Shown here piece by piece: positions 9,885 through 18,760 of a stretch of 64,000 nt of DNA (within the stretch, counting starts at the first letter, position 1; each line of letters starts with the position of its first letter). Below the pieces are notes generated by a model that ran no database searches, was not told the origin of the DNA, and was given only the letters and a program-made list of their open reading frames with translations. The stretch lies in contig CAXXXD010000001.1 of NCBI GenBank assembly GCA_963663385.2, positions 352,001-416,000 on the forward strand, given 5' to 3'. This stretch comes from Oceanispirochaeta sp. GTDB lineage: Bacteria > Spirochaetota > Spirochaetia > DSM-2461. Both the position numbers and the translations under genes were made by a program.

Positions 9885-10997
9885 TTACCCAGTTTTTACG
9901 GCATTGAATGCAGCCGCCTGCATCTTCAAGTACTTATCATCCGGAACCATCTTCAACGGATCAAAGGGTTCACGGGTTTTCAATATGGAGTACACTACCG
10001 TACTCATCTTTCTTGCAGAGGCGATAATACTCGTGCCGCTGCCCTTGTTCTTCTTCATCGCTCTGTACTTCGTCATGATACGGTAATTGCCAGTCGTTTT
10101 CCGAGTTCTAACCATTCCCATAACACACTGAACAAATGCCGTTCTCAGTTCTACAGCCCCTCTCTTTGTTATATGCCCATGATGAATCGTCTCATTGGAG
10201 TTCTGCACCCATGGTACAAGACCGGCATAAGCCGAATACTTCTTGGCACTGGCGTACCGCTTGATATCATCCGTATAGGCCCTAATAGTCGATGCCGTTA
10301 TCAATCCGACTCCCGGGATCGTCTGCAATAACTGTACATCCTCATCTTCCTTTACAAGTTCCAGCAGGACTTTCTCTAACTGCTTGACCTGGTTCGAAAC
10401 CTGATCTATCGTAGAAAGCAGCGGTTCTATCGCTTTGGCAGCGCTTCCGAAACTCCTATGGTCCACGAGACCGATGAGGATGCGCTGCCTTTCTTTTTTA
10501 CTCTGCAGCGCAGCTCTTTTTGTTTCAATTCCATACCCTAGAAGCAGTCCGTGAACCTGATTCTTCAAAGATACGACTGATTTAACAAGGATAGTTCTGG
10601 ATTTAAGAACTCTACGGATATCCTCACTCTCCTGAGAACAAAGCTGTGATTCGGGAAGCATATCTTTTTCCAAGAACTCTGCTAGAGTTCTGGCATCATG
10701 CTTATCCGTCTTTTTCACTGATTCATTTACAACTTTGAATTTCAGTGTATTCACAACCACCACCTCAATCCCTGCTAGCAATAGCTTGTTACGGAAGAAC
10801 CGGGCATTTCCTGTTGATTCCACTGCAGCCCTAACATCAAGGCCCTCTTCTGTATAGGACACTGCTTTCTCAAGAAATGCTCTGTAACCGTCCTCAGAGG
10901 TCGGATACATTCCTGATTCACAAATGCTTCTATCATCACTCAGGAAACAGACTGTTAACTGGGATTTGTGCAGATCCACTCCGATACTCATCTTCAT
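9885..10997 (-). CDS. IS110-family DEDD recombinase/transposase
   Basis: GVDLHK, AVEST, KTDKHDA (RuvC-like DEDD), LQTIPGVG, AYAGLVPWVQNS (catalytic Ser position), ARK; start at 10997 chosen for the AGGAG RBS 7 nt upstream. Confidence 0.95.
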   Translation of the reverse strand: MKMSIGVDLHKSQLTVCFLSDDRSICESGMYPTSEDGYRAFLEKAVSYTEEGLDVRAAVESTGNARFFRNKLLLAGIEVVVVNTLKFKVVNESVKKTDKHDARTLAEFLEKDMLPESQLCSQESEDIRRVLKSRTILVKSVVSLKNQVHGLLLGYGIETKRAALQSKKERQRILIGLVDHRSFGSAAKAIEPLLSTIDQVSNQVKQLEKVLLELVKEDEDVQLLQTIPGVGLITASTIRAYTDDIKRYASAKKYSAYAGLVPWVQNSNETIHHGHITKRGAVELRTAFVQCVMGMVRTRKTTGNYRIMTKYRAMKKNKGSGTSIIASARKMSTVVYSILKTREPFDPLKMVPDDKYLKMQAAAFNAVKTG

Positions 10998-11019
10998 ACC
11001 TTCGCTCCTATTGCCTAAA

Positions 11020-11175
11020 ACAGCGCCTGTACGGTGAATTGATTCCATTCTCCTATCCGGTCTCGAAGACCATTGAATGTTTCGGTCACGGCTCTTCATT
11101 CTCCTGTACGGTCTCGGAGACCAGTAAAAATGGCGAACAGTAACCTGGCTGTTCTAAACGATGTTTAGAACATTG
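11020..11175 (-). ncRNA. Putative IS110 bridge RNA in the non-coding left end
   Basis: 10-bp hairpin at 11150-11172 plus two homologous modules GGTCT-ncg-AGACC-[guide]-AATG carrying TACAGGAGA (target match) and ATAGGAG (donor match); boundaries approximate. Confidence 0.6.
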
Positions 11176-11177
11176 TA

Positions 11178-12314
11178 TCAATCCACAAGCCTATGAAGAC
11201 TTTTTATCATTCCTCCTGTATATTCCAGTATTCGCGGTTCCACCCATGTTTCGAGAGGAATGGCAATCGGGCAGTTTTGAAAATGAGACTGGTAGAGAGC
11301 CAGTACGGTTTCCGTTGTCTCAGCCAGATCCGCCAGGCTCACGACAGGCTCATAGATCTCTCCCTTTTCCCTCATTTCCATAGCGGTTAAAATATCTCTG
11401 TAGTTCTCTCTGTGAAGCGCCCCGTAACAGGATTTTCCCGGGGCTTCAGACGTTCCGTTATCTGTAAAGGGTTCCAGCCTTTCAGTCAGTTCGGGATCTG
11501 TGCAGCTGAATCCACTGCTCCCGGTCAGAGTCAGAATCCCCCGGTCAAACCGCAGGGTCAGCCGCGGATCCCACGGAGTAGTAAGGTCATTCTCGAAATG
11601 CAGACTTATCTTCTGCGATTTCACAATGTCCCGGGGATAGCAAAGTTCTCCCGATCCTTTATCTTCCACTTCGATGGATGCGATTTTCTCTCTGTACAAG
11701 CGGTATTCCGCCGATTCCGGCCGGCCGATCAGATAGTGAAGGAGGTCCAGTGTATGAATCCCCTGATTGATGAGAGTCCCGCCCCCCTCCTCAAGCCATG
11801 TTCCCCTCCAGGAATCGCTTTCATAATAGGCGGGAGGTCTGGTACACAGGAATGTGATATCTCCCCCCAGAGTCTGTCCCAGAGTATTTTCCCGGATAAG
11901 ATTTCTCACTTCTCCGATCAGAGGGGAGAAGCGGTGCTGAAAGATCCCGAAAGAAAAGATTCCCCGTTCTTCCGCATTCAAGGCGGCAGTTTTCATACGG
12001 GCAAGCTGCTCCAGCGAGACAGCAAGGGGTTTTTCGCATATAACATGTTTGCCCGCTTCCAGGGCGTCAACCAGCGCCTGTTCATGAAGGTGGTGAGGAA
12101 GACAGAGCGCCACGGCCTGAATATCGGCAGAACACAGCATTTCCTTCCAGTCACTGTAAAGCCGACAGTTCCGACGGGAATCTAGTTTTGACAGTTTTTC
12201 CGGGTCTGTATCGCACAATGCCGACAACAAGGCCCGACCGTCATTCTCTATAGCCCAGGCATGGCTTTCCGCAATACTGCCGCATCCGATAATACCGATC
12301 TTCAGTTTCTTCAT
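11178..12314 (-). CDS. Gfo/Idh/MocA family oxidoreductase (last codons supplied by the IS end)
   Basis: GIIGCGSIA, CLPHHLH, HVICEKP, EGGGTLINQGIHTLD; start at ATG 12314. Confidence 0.9.
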   Translation of the reverse strand: MKKLKIGIIGCGSIAESHAWAIENDGRALLSALCDTDPEKLSKLDSRRNCRLYSDWKEMLCSADIQAVALCLPHHLHEQALVDALEAGKHVICEKPLAVSLEQLARMKTAALNAEERGIFSFGIFQHRFSPLIGEVRNLIRENTLGQTLGGDITFLCTRPPAYYESDSWRGTWLEEGGGTLINQGIHTLDLLHYLIGRPESAEYRLYREKIASIEVEDKGSGELCYPRDIVKSQKISLHFENDLTTPWDPRLTLRFDRGILTLTGSSGFSCTDPELTERLEPFTDNGTSEAPGKSCYGALHRENYRDILTAMEMREKGEIYEPVVSLADLAETTETVLALYQSHFQNCPIAIPLETWVEPRILEYTGGMIKSLHRLVD

Positions 12315-12409
12315 ATCCCTACCATAATTCCGGTTCCAGCATTTATGAATGACTGTATTCTGAAGAAACATGGACTTTTTCTGACTATTTACTATAATCT
12401 AGGAGTATT

Positions 12410-13237
12410 ATGAGAGACAGAGAACCTTTTTTTAAAACCATTCCCTACCGAAACAGCATTCTCGATATAGATACGGATCCCTATCCCCAGGTTCAGGGGG
12501 CCGAGTGGTCCATTGAGAACAGGACCATGAACGATTACGACCTTTTCATCTGCCAAGAGGGGAGCGCCCGCTTTGCCATCGGATCAGCGACCTATGACCT
12601 CAGGCCCGGAATGGCACTTCTGGTTCCGCCGAACCAGCTGATCAACGCTCGTCGAACCAGCGACAAGCCTTTGAAGATGATCGCCCAGCACTTTATGCTC
12701 TACCTCTTCAACAGAACGGATTTTTTCAGCCTTATACAATACTGCCCCTGTGTTTCTCTGCCTAACTGGAATTTTCTCTCCTCAATCTGTCTGGAGATCT
12801 GGAAAATCAGATCGTCCGCAGGCGAAAAATGGACTCCTTACGATACAAGCTCCCTTTTCAGGATTCTTCTGGACGCCTATATAGACGAAGCATACGAAGG
12901 AGAGGATTTCCGGGAGGAACGGAAGAGTTCCCTGGTTCTCAGGATGATCGGAGCGATCGAACAGGATTACAGGAATCCTCTGCTGCTGGAAAAGCTCATG
13001 GACCGTTCGGCCTTCGGTTACAGCCATACGGCCAACACCTTCAAAGAGTATACGGGTCTCTCACTGAAGGCTTACATAATAGAAAGACGAATCGGCGCAG
13101 CAAAAGAGGCGCTTCTGAAGGGGGGCAGCGTACGGGAGAGCGCGGAAGCCGCGGGATACGAAGATGAGTTCTATTTTTCGCGCATCTTCAAAAAATACAC
13201 GGGAACCTCTCCCCGGGATTTCAGAAAGAGGATCTAA
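12410..13237 (+). CDS. AraC family transcriptional regulator
   Basis: Cupin-like N-terminus; C-terminal GYEDEFYFSRIFKKYTGTSPRDFR; divergent from the oxidoreductase operon. Confidence 0.92.
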   Translation: MRDREPFFKTIPYRNSILDIDTDPYPQVQGAEWSIENRTMNDYDLFICQEGSARFAIGSATYDLRPGMALLVPPNQLINARRTSDKPLKMIAQHFMLYLFNRTDFFSLIQYCPCVSLPNWNFLSSICLEIWKIRSSAGEKWTPYDTSSLFRILLDAYIDEAYEGEDFREERKSSLVLRMIGAIEQDYRNPLLLEKLMDRSAFGYSHTANTFKEYTGLSLKAYIIERRIGAAKEALLKGGSVRESAEAAGYEDEFYFSRIFKKYTGTSPRDFRKRI

Positions 13238-13720
13238 CACTGTCGAAAGGGATTCTCCTGTTCTGTCGGTTGAACCGCCTGACCATCAGGTTAAACTCCT
13301 TCCGAGACTCTGATTACACAGACTTCTCAGAAAGTACGATAGCCGAAGTAAATAGACAGCATTATTTTAATTGTCATAAAAATACTACAAATGTCAGAAA
13401 TTAATAATTGATAAACTATAAAATCGAAAACGATAATGATTAATAAAGTAATCCATTTGCATATTACGACTTTTTCCACTTCATAAGAAACTTGTGATAC
13501 CGGAGATACCGACAGAAGTGATTTCTGTTAACCTTATATAGAGAGAAATATCTGCTTATTCAATAATTAGGTTATAATCAGAATTTCATCGAAGGAGTGC
13601 TTCTGTGGTATTATACATCACACGACAACGTGATAGGAGAAATATTCCTGCCAGGCTGACTTTTGAATCTAAAGATGTTTATGTGTCTCCAGCAGATTTT
13701 ATATGGTACTCTTTTCTCCC

Positions 13721-16075
13721 ATGAAGATTTTCAGCCGTCAATCCAGGAGTAACAGGAACTACCCCTATTATTACAAAATCCTTTTCAGCATACTGCTCTT
13801 ATCATTGATCCCTTCTACGATAATGACACTCTATTATTCGCAGAGTTCTCTGTCTCTCATTCGGGAGAAGGCAAAAGAAACAAACCTGCTATATCTCAGA
13901 CTGATGAGTAACTCTCTGGAAATCGTCATTGAAAACATACTTGATTTTTCCAATTTACTAGCCATAGACAATGTTTTCAGTGATTATGTACGGATCGCCG
14001 ATAAAAAATACTTTGAACAATTCAGCGAAGTATCCCAATACTATTCCGAACAGGATTTCAAAAGGTTTTATGAATACCTGAACATTCGTGGTGAGATATA
14101 CGATACATTGGAAACCATGACTTTATCCAATGAGTTTATTGATTCCATATACTTTCTGGATTCATCCAGAGATATGGTCTTTCGAAACGGAAGGTTACCC
14201 GAACCATTTAAATCCTTTCCCGACAAAGCCTGGAAAAGAGTCCTTGACAATAATGAACTGCTCCCCCATATCATGTCGATTCGCAGAGTGGAAGGGGAAG
14301 ATAAAAACAGCAAAAACATTATTTCCATCATTTCCGAAAATATAGAAGAGGAGATCCCCTTTATTATTAACCTTGATGCGGAAGTCCTCTACCGGGCTAT
14401 TATCAGCAGCGTCGACTGGGATCCCGATAATATCTTTTTTATCCTTTCGAAATCCGGAGAACCACTCCTCTATTCATCAAAGGATCGTCATGTTATCAGT
14501 AAGATTTCCATTCTTTCCGAAAATAAATATCTTACCGATTCTGATTTTCTGACCATCGGAAACAGACAGTATATGATCAACAGTCTCAAGATAGAGCCTC
14601 TGGGATGGACTGTTTATTCCGCATCTGATGTTGATAAATTCAAGAAGGCCGTACACCCGCTTCGAGTAAAAGTATTCGCGTTAGCAATGCTCTTTTTTCC
14701 TTTATCATTGCTTCTTGCCTACTATCTGGGACAGAAATTGTACCGTCCTATAAGAAAACTCTCCGGTTACGTGCAGGCATATTATACAGATCCGGAGACA
14801 GAGGAAACAACGGATCATGGGGATTTAAGTATAATATGGCGATCGCTTAAAACATCCAGACAAAGAGAGATGAAGCTTGAAGAGAAGTTCAGGGAAAGCC
14901 TTCCATCCTATCGCAATGATTTTTTAAAACGATTACTGCTTGATCACAATTATCATATTGATGAAATCCTTGAGCGATTAAAGTATATCTCTTCACCTCT
15001 TAAGGCAGAAAATCTGGCCATTATAATAATCCGACCCGATGATTCCCATAACAGTTCATTGTCAATTTCGGAAAAAATGGTTTTCGGTCTGAAGATCGAG
15101 CAGATTGTTTCAGAAGATTTTTTTACCGCTTTTCCCGGAGAGTTCCTATCCATGTCTTCATCTGAATACTGTGTAATCTTCAATTCTCCTCAAACCGGTT
15201 TAAATTCTGTAGTTTCTGAAATTGATGCCCTGATGGATTCTCTGAAAAATCGATTATCTATGGAGTTTACTTTCGGAATCGGTTCTCCGGCAAGAAGCAT
15301 ATTTGACCTGAATATGACCTATACCGAGGCCTTGGATGCCATCAGACTCAGATCTATAGCCGATACAGGCCATGCTATCTTTTATGAAGACATGAAAATC
15401 GGCGATATTCAATCTAACGTATATGATCCGACAAACAAAACGTCCCTATTGAAAGATAGCATTAAAATGGGAAATATCGACGAATCCGTACGTGTTATAA
15501 ATGAAATCGATAGTGATTTACGACTATTAAAAGATTCCCTGAGCTTCAGGAAAGCAAAACAGATATACATAACGATTCTGAATGAACTCTTATATACTCT
15601 GAATGATCTGGGGTTGGAATCAGAAAGTGTATTGAATAGCACAAGTCCTTTTGAAGAACTGTTTGCCCTTAGTACGATAAAGGATATTAATACCTGGATG
15701 ATTGAGCTGGTTACAGATCTGGCAACACAGATAGGGAATCTTTCCAGAGAGAAAAAAAACAGAAAAATTGAAGCGGTACTCTCGGTTGTAGAAAATGAAT
15801 GCGGTCAGGATATCAATTTGAATATAATTGCAGACAGGATTAATTTAAACCCGTCATATGTAAGCCGATTGTTCAAGGAGCATATGAACAAGTCCTTTAT
15901 TGATTATCTGACTGATGTAAGAATGGATAAAGCTATGGTCCTCTTGAAGGAAACAGACTTGAAAATCAGTGAGATCGGTACAGAAGTCGGTTATTTCAAC
16001 AGCAATTATTTTATTCGGATATTCAAAAAGAAAACGGGCCGAACACCCGGAGAGTATAGGCAGCTGTTTCAATAG
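13721..16075 (+). CDS. Membrane-anchored AraC-family regulator (YesS-like: two TM, sensor domain, C-terminal HTH)
   Basis: Two hydrophobic segments; C-terminal LNPSYVSRLFK...VGYFNSNYFIRIFKKKTGRTPGEYR. Confidence 0.88.
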   Translation: MKIFSRQSRSNRNYPYYYKILFSILLLSLIPSTIMTLYYSQSSLSLIREKAKETNLLYLRLMSNSLEIVIENILDFSNLLAIDNVFSDYVRIADKKYFEQFSEVSQYYSEQDFKRFYEYLNIRGEIYDTLETMTLSNEFIDSIYFLDSSRDMVFRNGRLPEPFKSFPDKAWKRVLDNNELLPHIMSIRRVEGEDKNSKNIISIISENIEEEIPFIINLDAEVLYRAIISSVDWDPDNIFFILSKSGEPLLYSSKDRHVISKISILSENKYLTDSDFLTIGNRQYMINSLKIEPLGWTVYSASDVDKFKKAVHPLRVKVFALAMLFFPLSLLLAYYLGQKLYRPIRKLSGYVQAYYTDPETEETTDHGDLSIIWRSLKTSRQREMKLEEKFRESLPSYRNDFLKRLLLDHNYHIDEILERLKYISSPLKAENLAIIIIRPDDSHNSSLSISEKMVFGLKIEQIVSEDFFTAFPGEFLSMSSSEYCVIFNSPQTGLNSVVSEIDALMDSLKNRLSMEFTFGIGSPARSIFDLNMTYTEALDAIRLRSIADTGHAIFYEDMKIGDIQSNVYDPTNKTSLLKDSIKMGNIDESVRVINEIDSDLRLLKDSLSFRKAKQIYITILNELLYTLNDLGLESESVLNSTSPFEELFALSTIKDINTWMIELVTDLATQIGNLSREKKNRKIEAVLSVVENECGQDINLNIIADRINLNPSYVSRLFKEHMNKSFIDYLTDVRMDKAMVLLKETDLKISEIGTEVGYFNSNYFIRIFKKKTGRTPGEYRQLFQ

Positions 16076-16204
16076 CACTATTCCCGGAATAATAGAACTT
16101 TTTCAACTTTAAGAAACTGTATCTGAAAAGTCAAATTATCATCAGATACCAAATCTCCCCGGAGGTGTAATGTGATTTATCAAACATTTTCAAAAGGAGA
16201 AAAA

Positions 16205-17734
16205 ATGAAAAGAGTACTGATTCTATTCACAGCCTTTCTGCTTTCAACCAATGTCTACTCTTCCGGTTCTCAGGAGACCGGAGAGGAACAAGTCACACCA
16301 AAAATCGTTATCTACAATAATAACGGTGTTATCAGCGGTGCAGGCGGAGAGACCGCCAGCTCTCCGGAAATTCTGGAAAAAATGAAAGCCTGGGTTCTCA
16401 CGGAAACCGGTATAGAGGTAGAAGTTATCGCTCCTGTTGTGGGACAGGAATCACAGAAACTGAACCTGCTCCTCGCCTCCGGAGCGCAGGTTGATGCATT
16501 CTGGGGTAACTGGCCGGATTTTGCCTCAAGGAACATGATTCTTCCATTGAACGATTTATTAAAGGATCACGGTTCAGCCATTCTGGGAGCATGGCCAGAA
16601 GAGTCTTTTAATGCCATGTCCGACCCCAAGGGGACATTGTGGGGGATTCCCAGATCGACACCCTTTATGGGAAATCCTCTTTTTGTGCGAGCCGACTGGG
16701 CTGAAAAATTTGGAATGGGCATTCCGGAAACAATAGAAGAACTGGATGCTTATTTTGCTGCTGTCAAGAAAAATGAACCAAACGCAATTCCTCTTCTGGC
16801 GGAAATGAAAGGGAAACATGGTTCCAGTGGTATATTCCAGACATTCCTTGGCGCCTTTACTGAGTATGGAGCCAGTAACTGGCTGGATAACGATGGGAAG
16901 ATTAAACCTCAGGAATTACAACCGGGATATAGGGAATTCATAGTAAAAATGAATGAGTGGTACAAAGCCGGATATATTTATCCGGAATTTGCCTCTCTAA
17001 ACCGTAATATTATCAGGGATTTGATCAAATCCGGTAAAGTTGCAGCCAATGCCACATGGTACTCCAATGTAACGGTACCCTACGCAACAACTGAAGCTAA
17101 TAACCCGGGAATCGATATGCAATTCCCCGAAGGCGGTCTTGTCGGACCTTCCGGAAAAGCGGAAACAATTAAACCCGCCGGAGTTGAAGGCATGCTTATT
17201 TCCGCAAGATGCGAGAATCCGGAAGCGGTTATTCAAGTAATGGATTTTTTCTATTCTGATCCTGCCAATCATCAGGTTGCTTACATGGGCCCCGAAAACG
17301 GATTGTGGAAATGGACTGATAAAGAGAATCTTCAGTTTGAAATTCTTAAAGAAAGAACAGGATACCTTGGAGATTATGCCTTTGCAATGGGACTTCCCAT
17401 GGAACGTGCCGTATCAACAGACAGCCCCCAGATGGCAAAACACTTTGGATACCTTGGAGTGGGAACTGTCGGATCGGGAATCACTCCTGACGGACTGGAT
17501 TACTCAAGAGGCAAAATGCCTGTTGATGCGGGAGTTGTATACGACCCCCAGATCATAGAAAAAGAGATCCCCGGTTATACCGATCTGCAGCGAATGAGAG
17601 AGGAAGAAGTCATCAAATTCATTATGGGCGCAAGACCTATCGGAGAATGGGACTCTTTTATCGACGAGCTGTATTCCATCGGATTGAATGACTGGATTGA
17701 TGCTCATACAGAAATGTACAAATCTCAGAAATAA
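16205..17734 (+). CDS. Carbohydrate ABC transporter solute-binding protein (LplA-like)
   Basis: Signal peptide plus GSQE; KLNLLLASG, VRADW.EK.G..IPETIEEL, KFIMG.RP..EWD motifs. Confidence 0.88.
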   Translation: MKRVLILFTAFLLSTNVYSSGSQETGEEQVTPKIVIYNNNGVISGAGGETASSPEILEKMKAWVLTETGIEVEVIAPVVGQESQKLNLLLASGAQVDAFWGNWPDFASRNMILPLNDLLKDHGSAILGAWPEESFNAMSDPKGTLWGIPRSTPFMGNPLFVRADWAEKFGMGIPETIEELDAYFAAVKKNEPNAIPLLAEMKGKHGSSGIFQTFLGAFTEYGASNWLDNDGKIKPQELQPGYREFIVKMNEWYKAGYIYPEFASLNRNIIRDLIKSGKVAANATWYSNVTVPYATTEANNPGIDMQFPEGGLVGPSGKAETIKPAGVEGMLISARCENPEAVIQVMDFFYSDPANHQVAYMGPENGLWKWTDKENLQFEILKERTGYLGDYAFAMGLPMERAVSTDSPQMAKHFGYLGVGTVGSGITPDGLDYSRGKMPVDAGVVYDPQIIEKEIPGYTDLQRMREEEVIKFIMGARPIGEWDSFIDELYSIGLNDWIDAHTEMYKSQK

Positions 17735-17800
17735 TATTTAGAACTATATTCTATTATCTGCTGTCCCGGATTCCCGGGGCAGCTCTTTCCTGGAGTAAAA

Positions 17801-18751
17801 ATGTCCACAATCGCAGGGAAAAAAACCCCTAAATTTTTATACCTCTTACAGAAAACTCGCAAAGACAGGTTCCTTTATCTGCTTATGCTGCCCGGGCTGC
17901 TGTATTTTCTGTTTTTTCGCTATCTCCCTCTGATGGGAACTCTGGTTGCATTCAAAGATGTCGCCCCTTTTGACAGTGCGGCTACCATCATTACCTCGAA
18001 ATGGGTGGGGTTGAAACACTTTAAAGCCTTCATTTCTTCTCACTATTTCTGGAATATTATGAAGAATACTTTCGCTCTTGCCGGATTGAGAATGATATTT
18101 GAATTCTTCTGCCCCGTTATTCTGGCACTGCTGATTAATGAAGTTCGGAATAAATATCTGAAAAAAACCATTCAGACCATATCTTATATGCCTTATTTTA
18201 TCTCCAACATTGTTCTGGCTGGAATTGTTTTTCAGCTGTTAACGATGAACAATGGAATTATCCCAGCTCTCGTCGAGAGCCTGGGGGGTAACTCGATCTA
18301 TTATCTGGGAGATTCCCGTTACTTCAGAACAGTTCTTGTTTCGGCTATAGTCTGGCGAAATATCGGCTGGGGTACCATTGTTTATCTGGCGGCCTTGTCC
18401 GGTATTGATCCCCAGCTCTATGAAGCTGCCAGAATTGACGGGGCCAACCGGTTTAAACAGACTCTCTACATAACTCTTCCCGGAATCTCATTTGCCATTG
18501 CCATCATGTTCATTCTCAGAATCAGCGTCATTCTCAATCAGGGGTGGGAGGAAACCCTTCTTCTCTATAATCCCGGTGTGTACAGCGTGGCGGATATCAT
18601 TGATACCTATGTCTGGAGGATGGGACTGGAACAGATGCGGTATTCCTTTGCGACAGCCGTTGGATTTTTTAAATCGATTCTGGCTTTGCTTCTTGTCGTC
18701 ATTTCCAATGCAACCGCCAGAAAATGCGGTCAGCAAAGCATGTATAAATAA
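17801..18751 (+). CDS. Carbohydrate ABC transporter permease (LplB-like)
   Basis: WVGLKHF, QTISYMPYFIS, IDPQLYEAARIDGANR EAA loop. Confidence 0.93.
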   Translation: MSTIAGKKTPKFLYLLQKTRKDRFLYLLMLPGLLYFLFFRYLPLMGTLVAFKDVAPFDSAATIITSKWVGLKHFKAFISSHYFWNIMKNTFALAGLRMIFEFFCPVILALLINEVRNKYLKKTIQTISYMPYFISNIVLAGIVFQLLTMNNGIIPALVESLGGNSIYYLGDSRYFRTVLVSAIVWRNIGWGTIVYLAALSGIDPQLYEAARIDGANRFKQTLYITLPGISFAIAIMFILRISVILNQGWEETLLLYNPGVYSVADIIDTYVWRMGLEQMRYSFATAVGFFKSILALLLVVISNATARKCGQQSMYK

Positions 18752-18760
18752 GGATGAAAC

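Larger units (their letters stand above)
9832..11217 (-). mobile_element. IS110-family insertion sequence (about 1.38 kb) inserted in a Shine-Dalgarno sequence
   Basis: AGGAG (plus-strand CTCCT) at both junctions (9832-9836, 11213-11217); sub-terminal inverted repeats at 9837-9846 and 11198-11207; removal restores an overlapping stop/start between the flanking oxidoreductase genes. Confidence 0.85.

Noticed and set aside
10998..11099. N-terminal extension of the transposase ORF to 11099
   Set aside because: The RuvC-like domain starts at MKMSIGVD with an AGGAG RBS at 10997; the extension overlaps the structured left end (though the ATG at 11099 does follow an AGGAG at too short a spacing)
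11046..11133. Two ~30-bp repeats as a mini-CRISPR array
   Set aside because: Only two imperfect copies, no cas genes, and located inside an IS110 end
9845..11194. Alternative IS boundaries at the ATAGGCTT or GATTGA repeats
   Set aside because: They would leave the 10-bp inverted repeats outside the element and do not explain the guide-like matches; the AGGAG boundary explains both and restores a stop/start overlap. Not fully excluded without an empty allele
13238..13720. Riboswitch or sRNA in the long intergenic region
   Set aside because: Only short palindromes (e.g. ACAGAA-n5-TTCTGT); no recognisable RNA family motif
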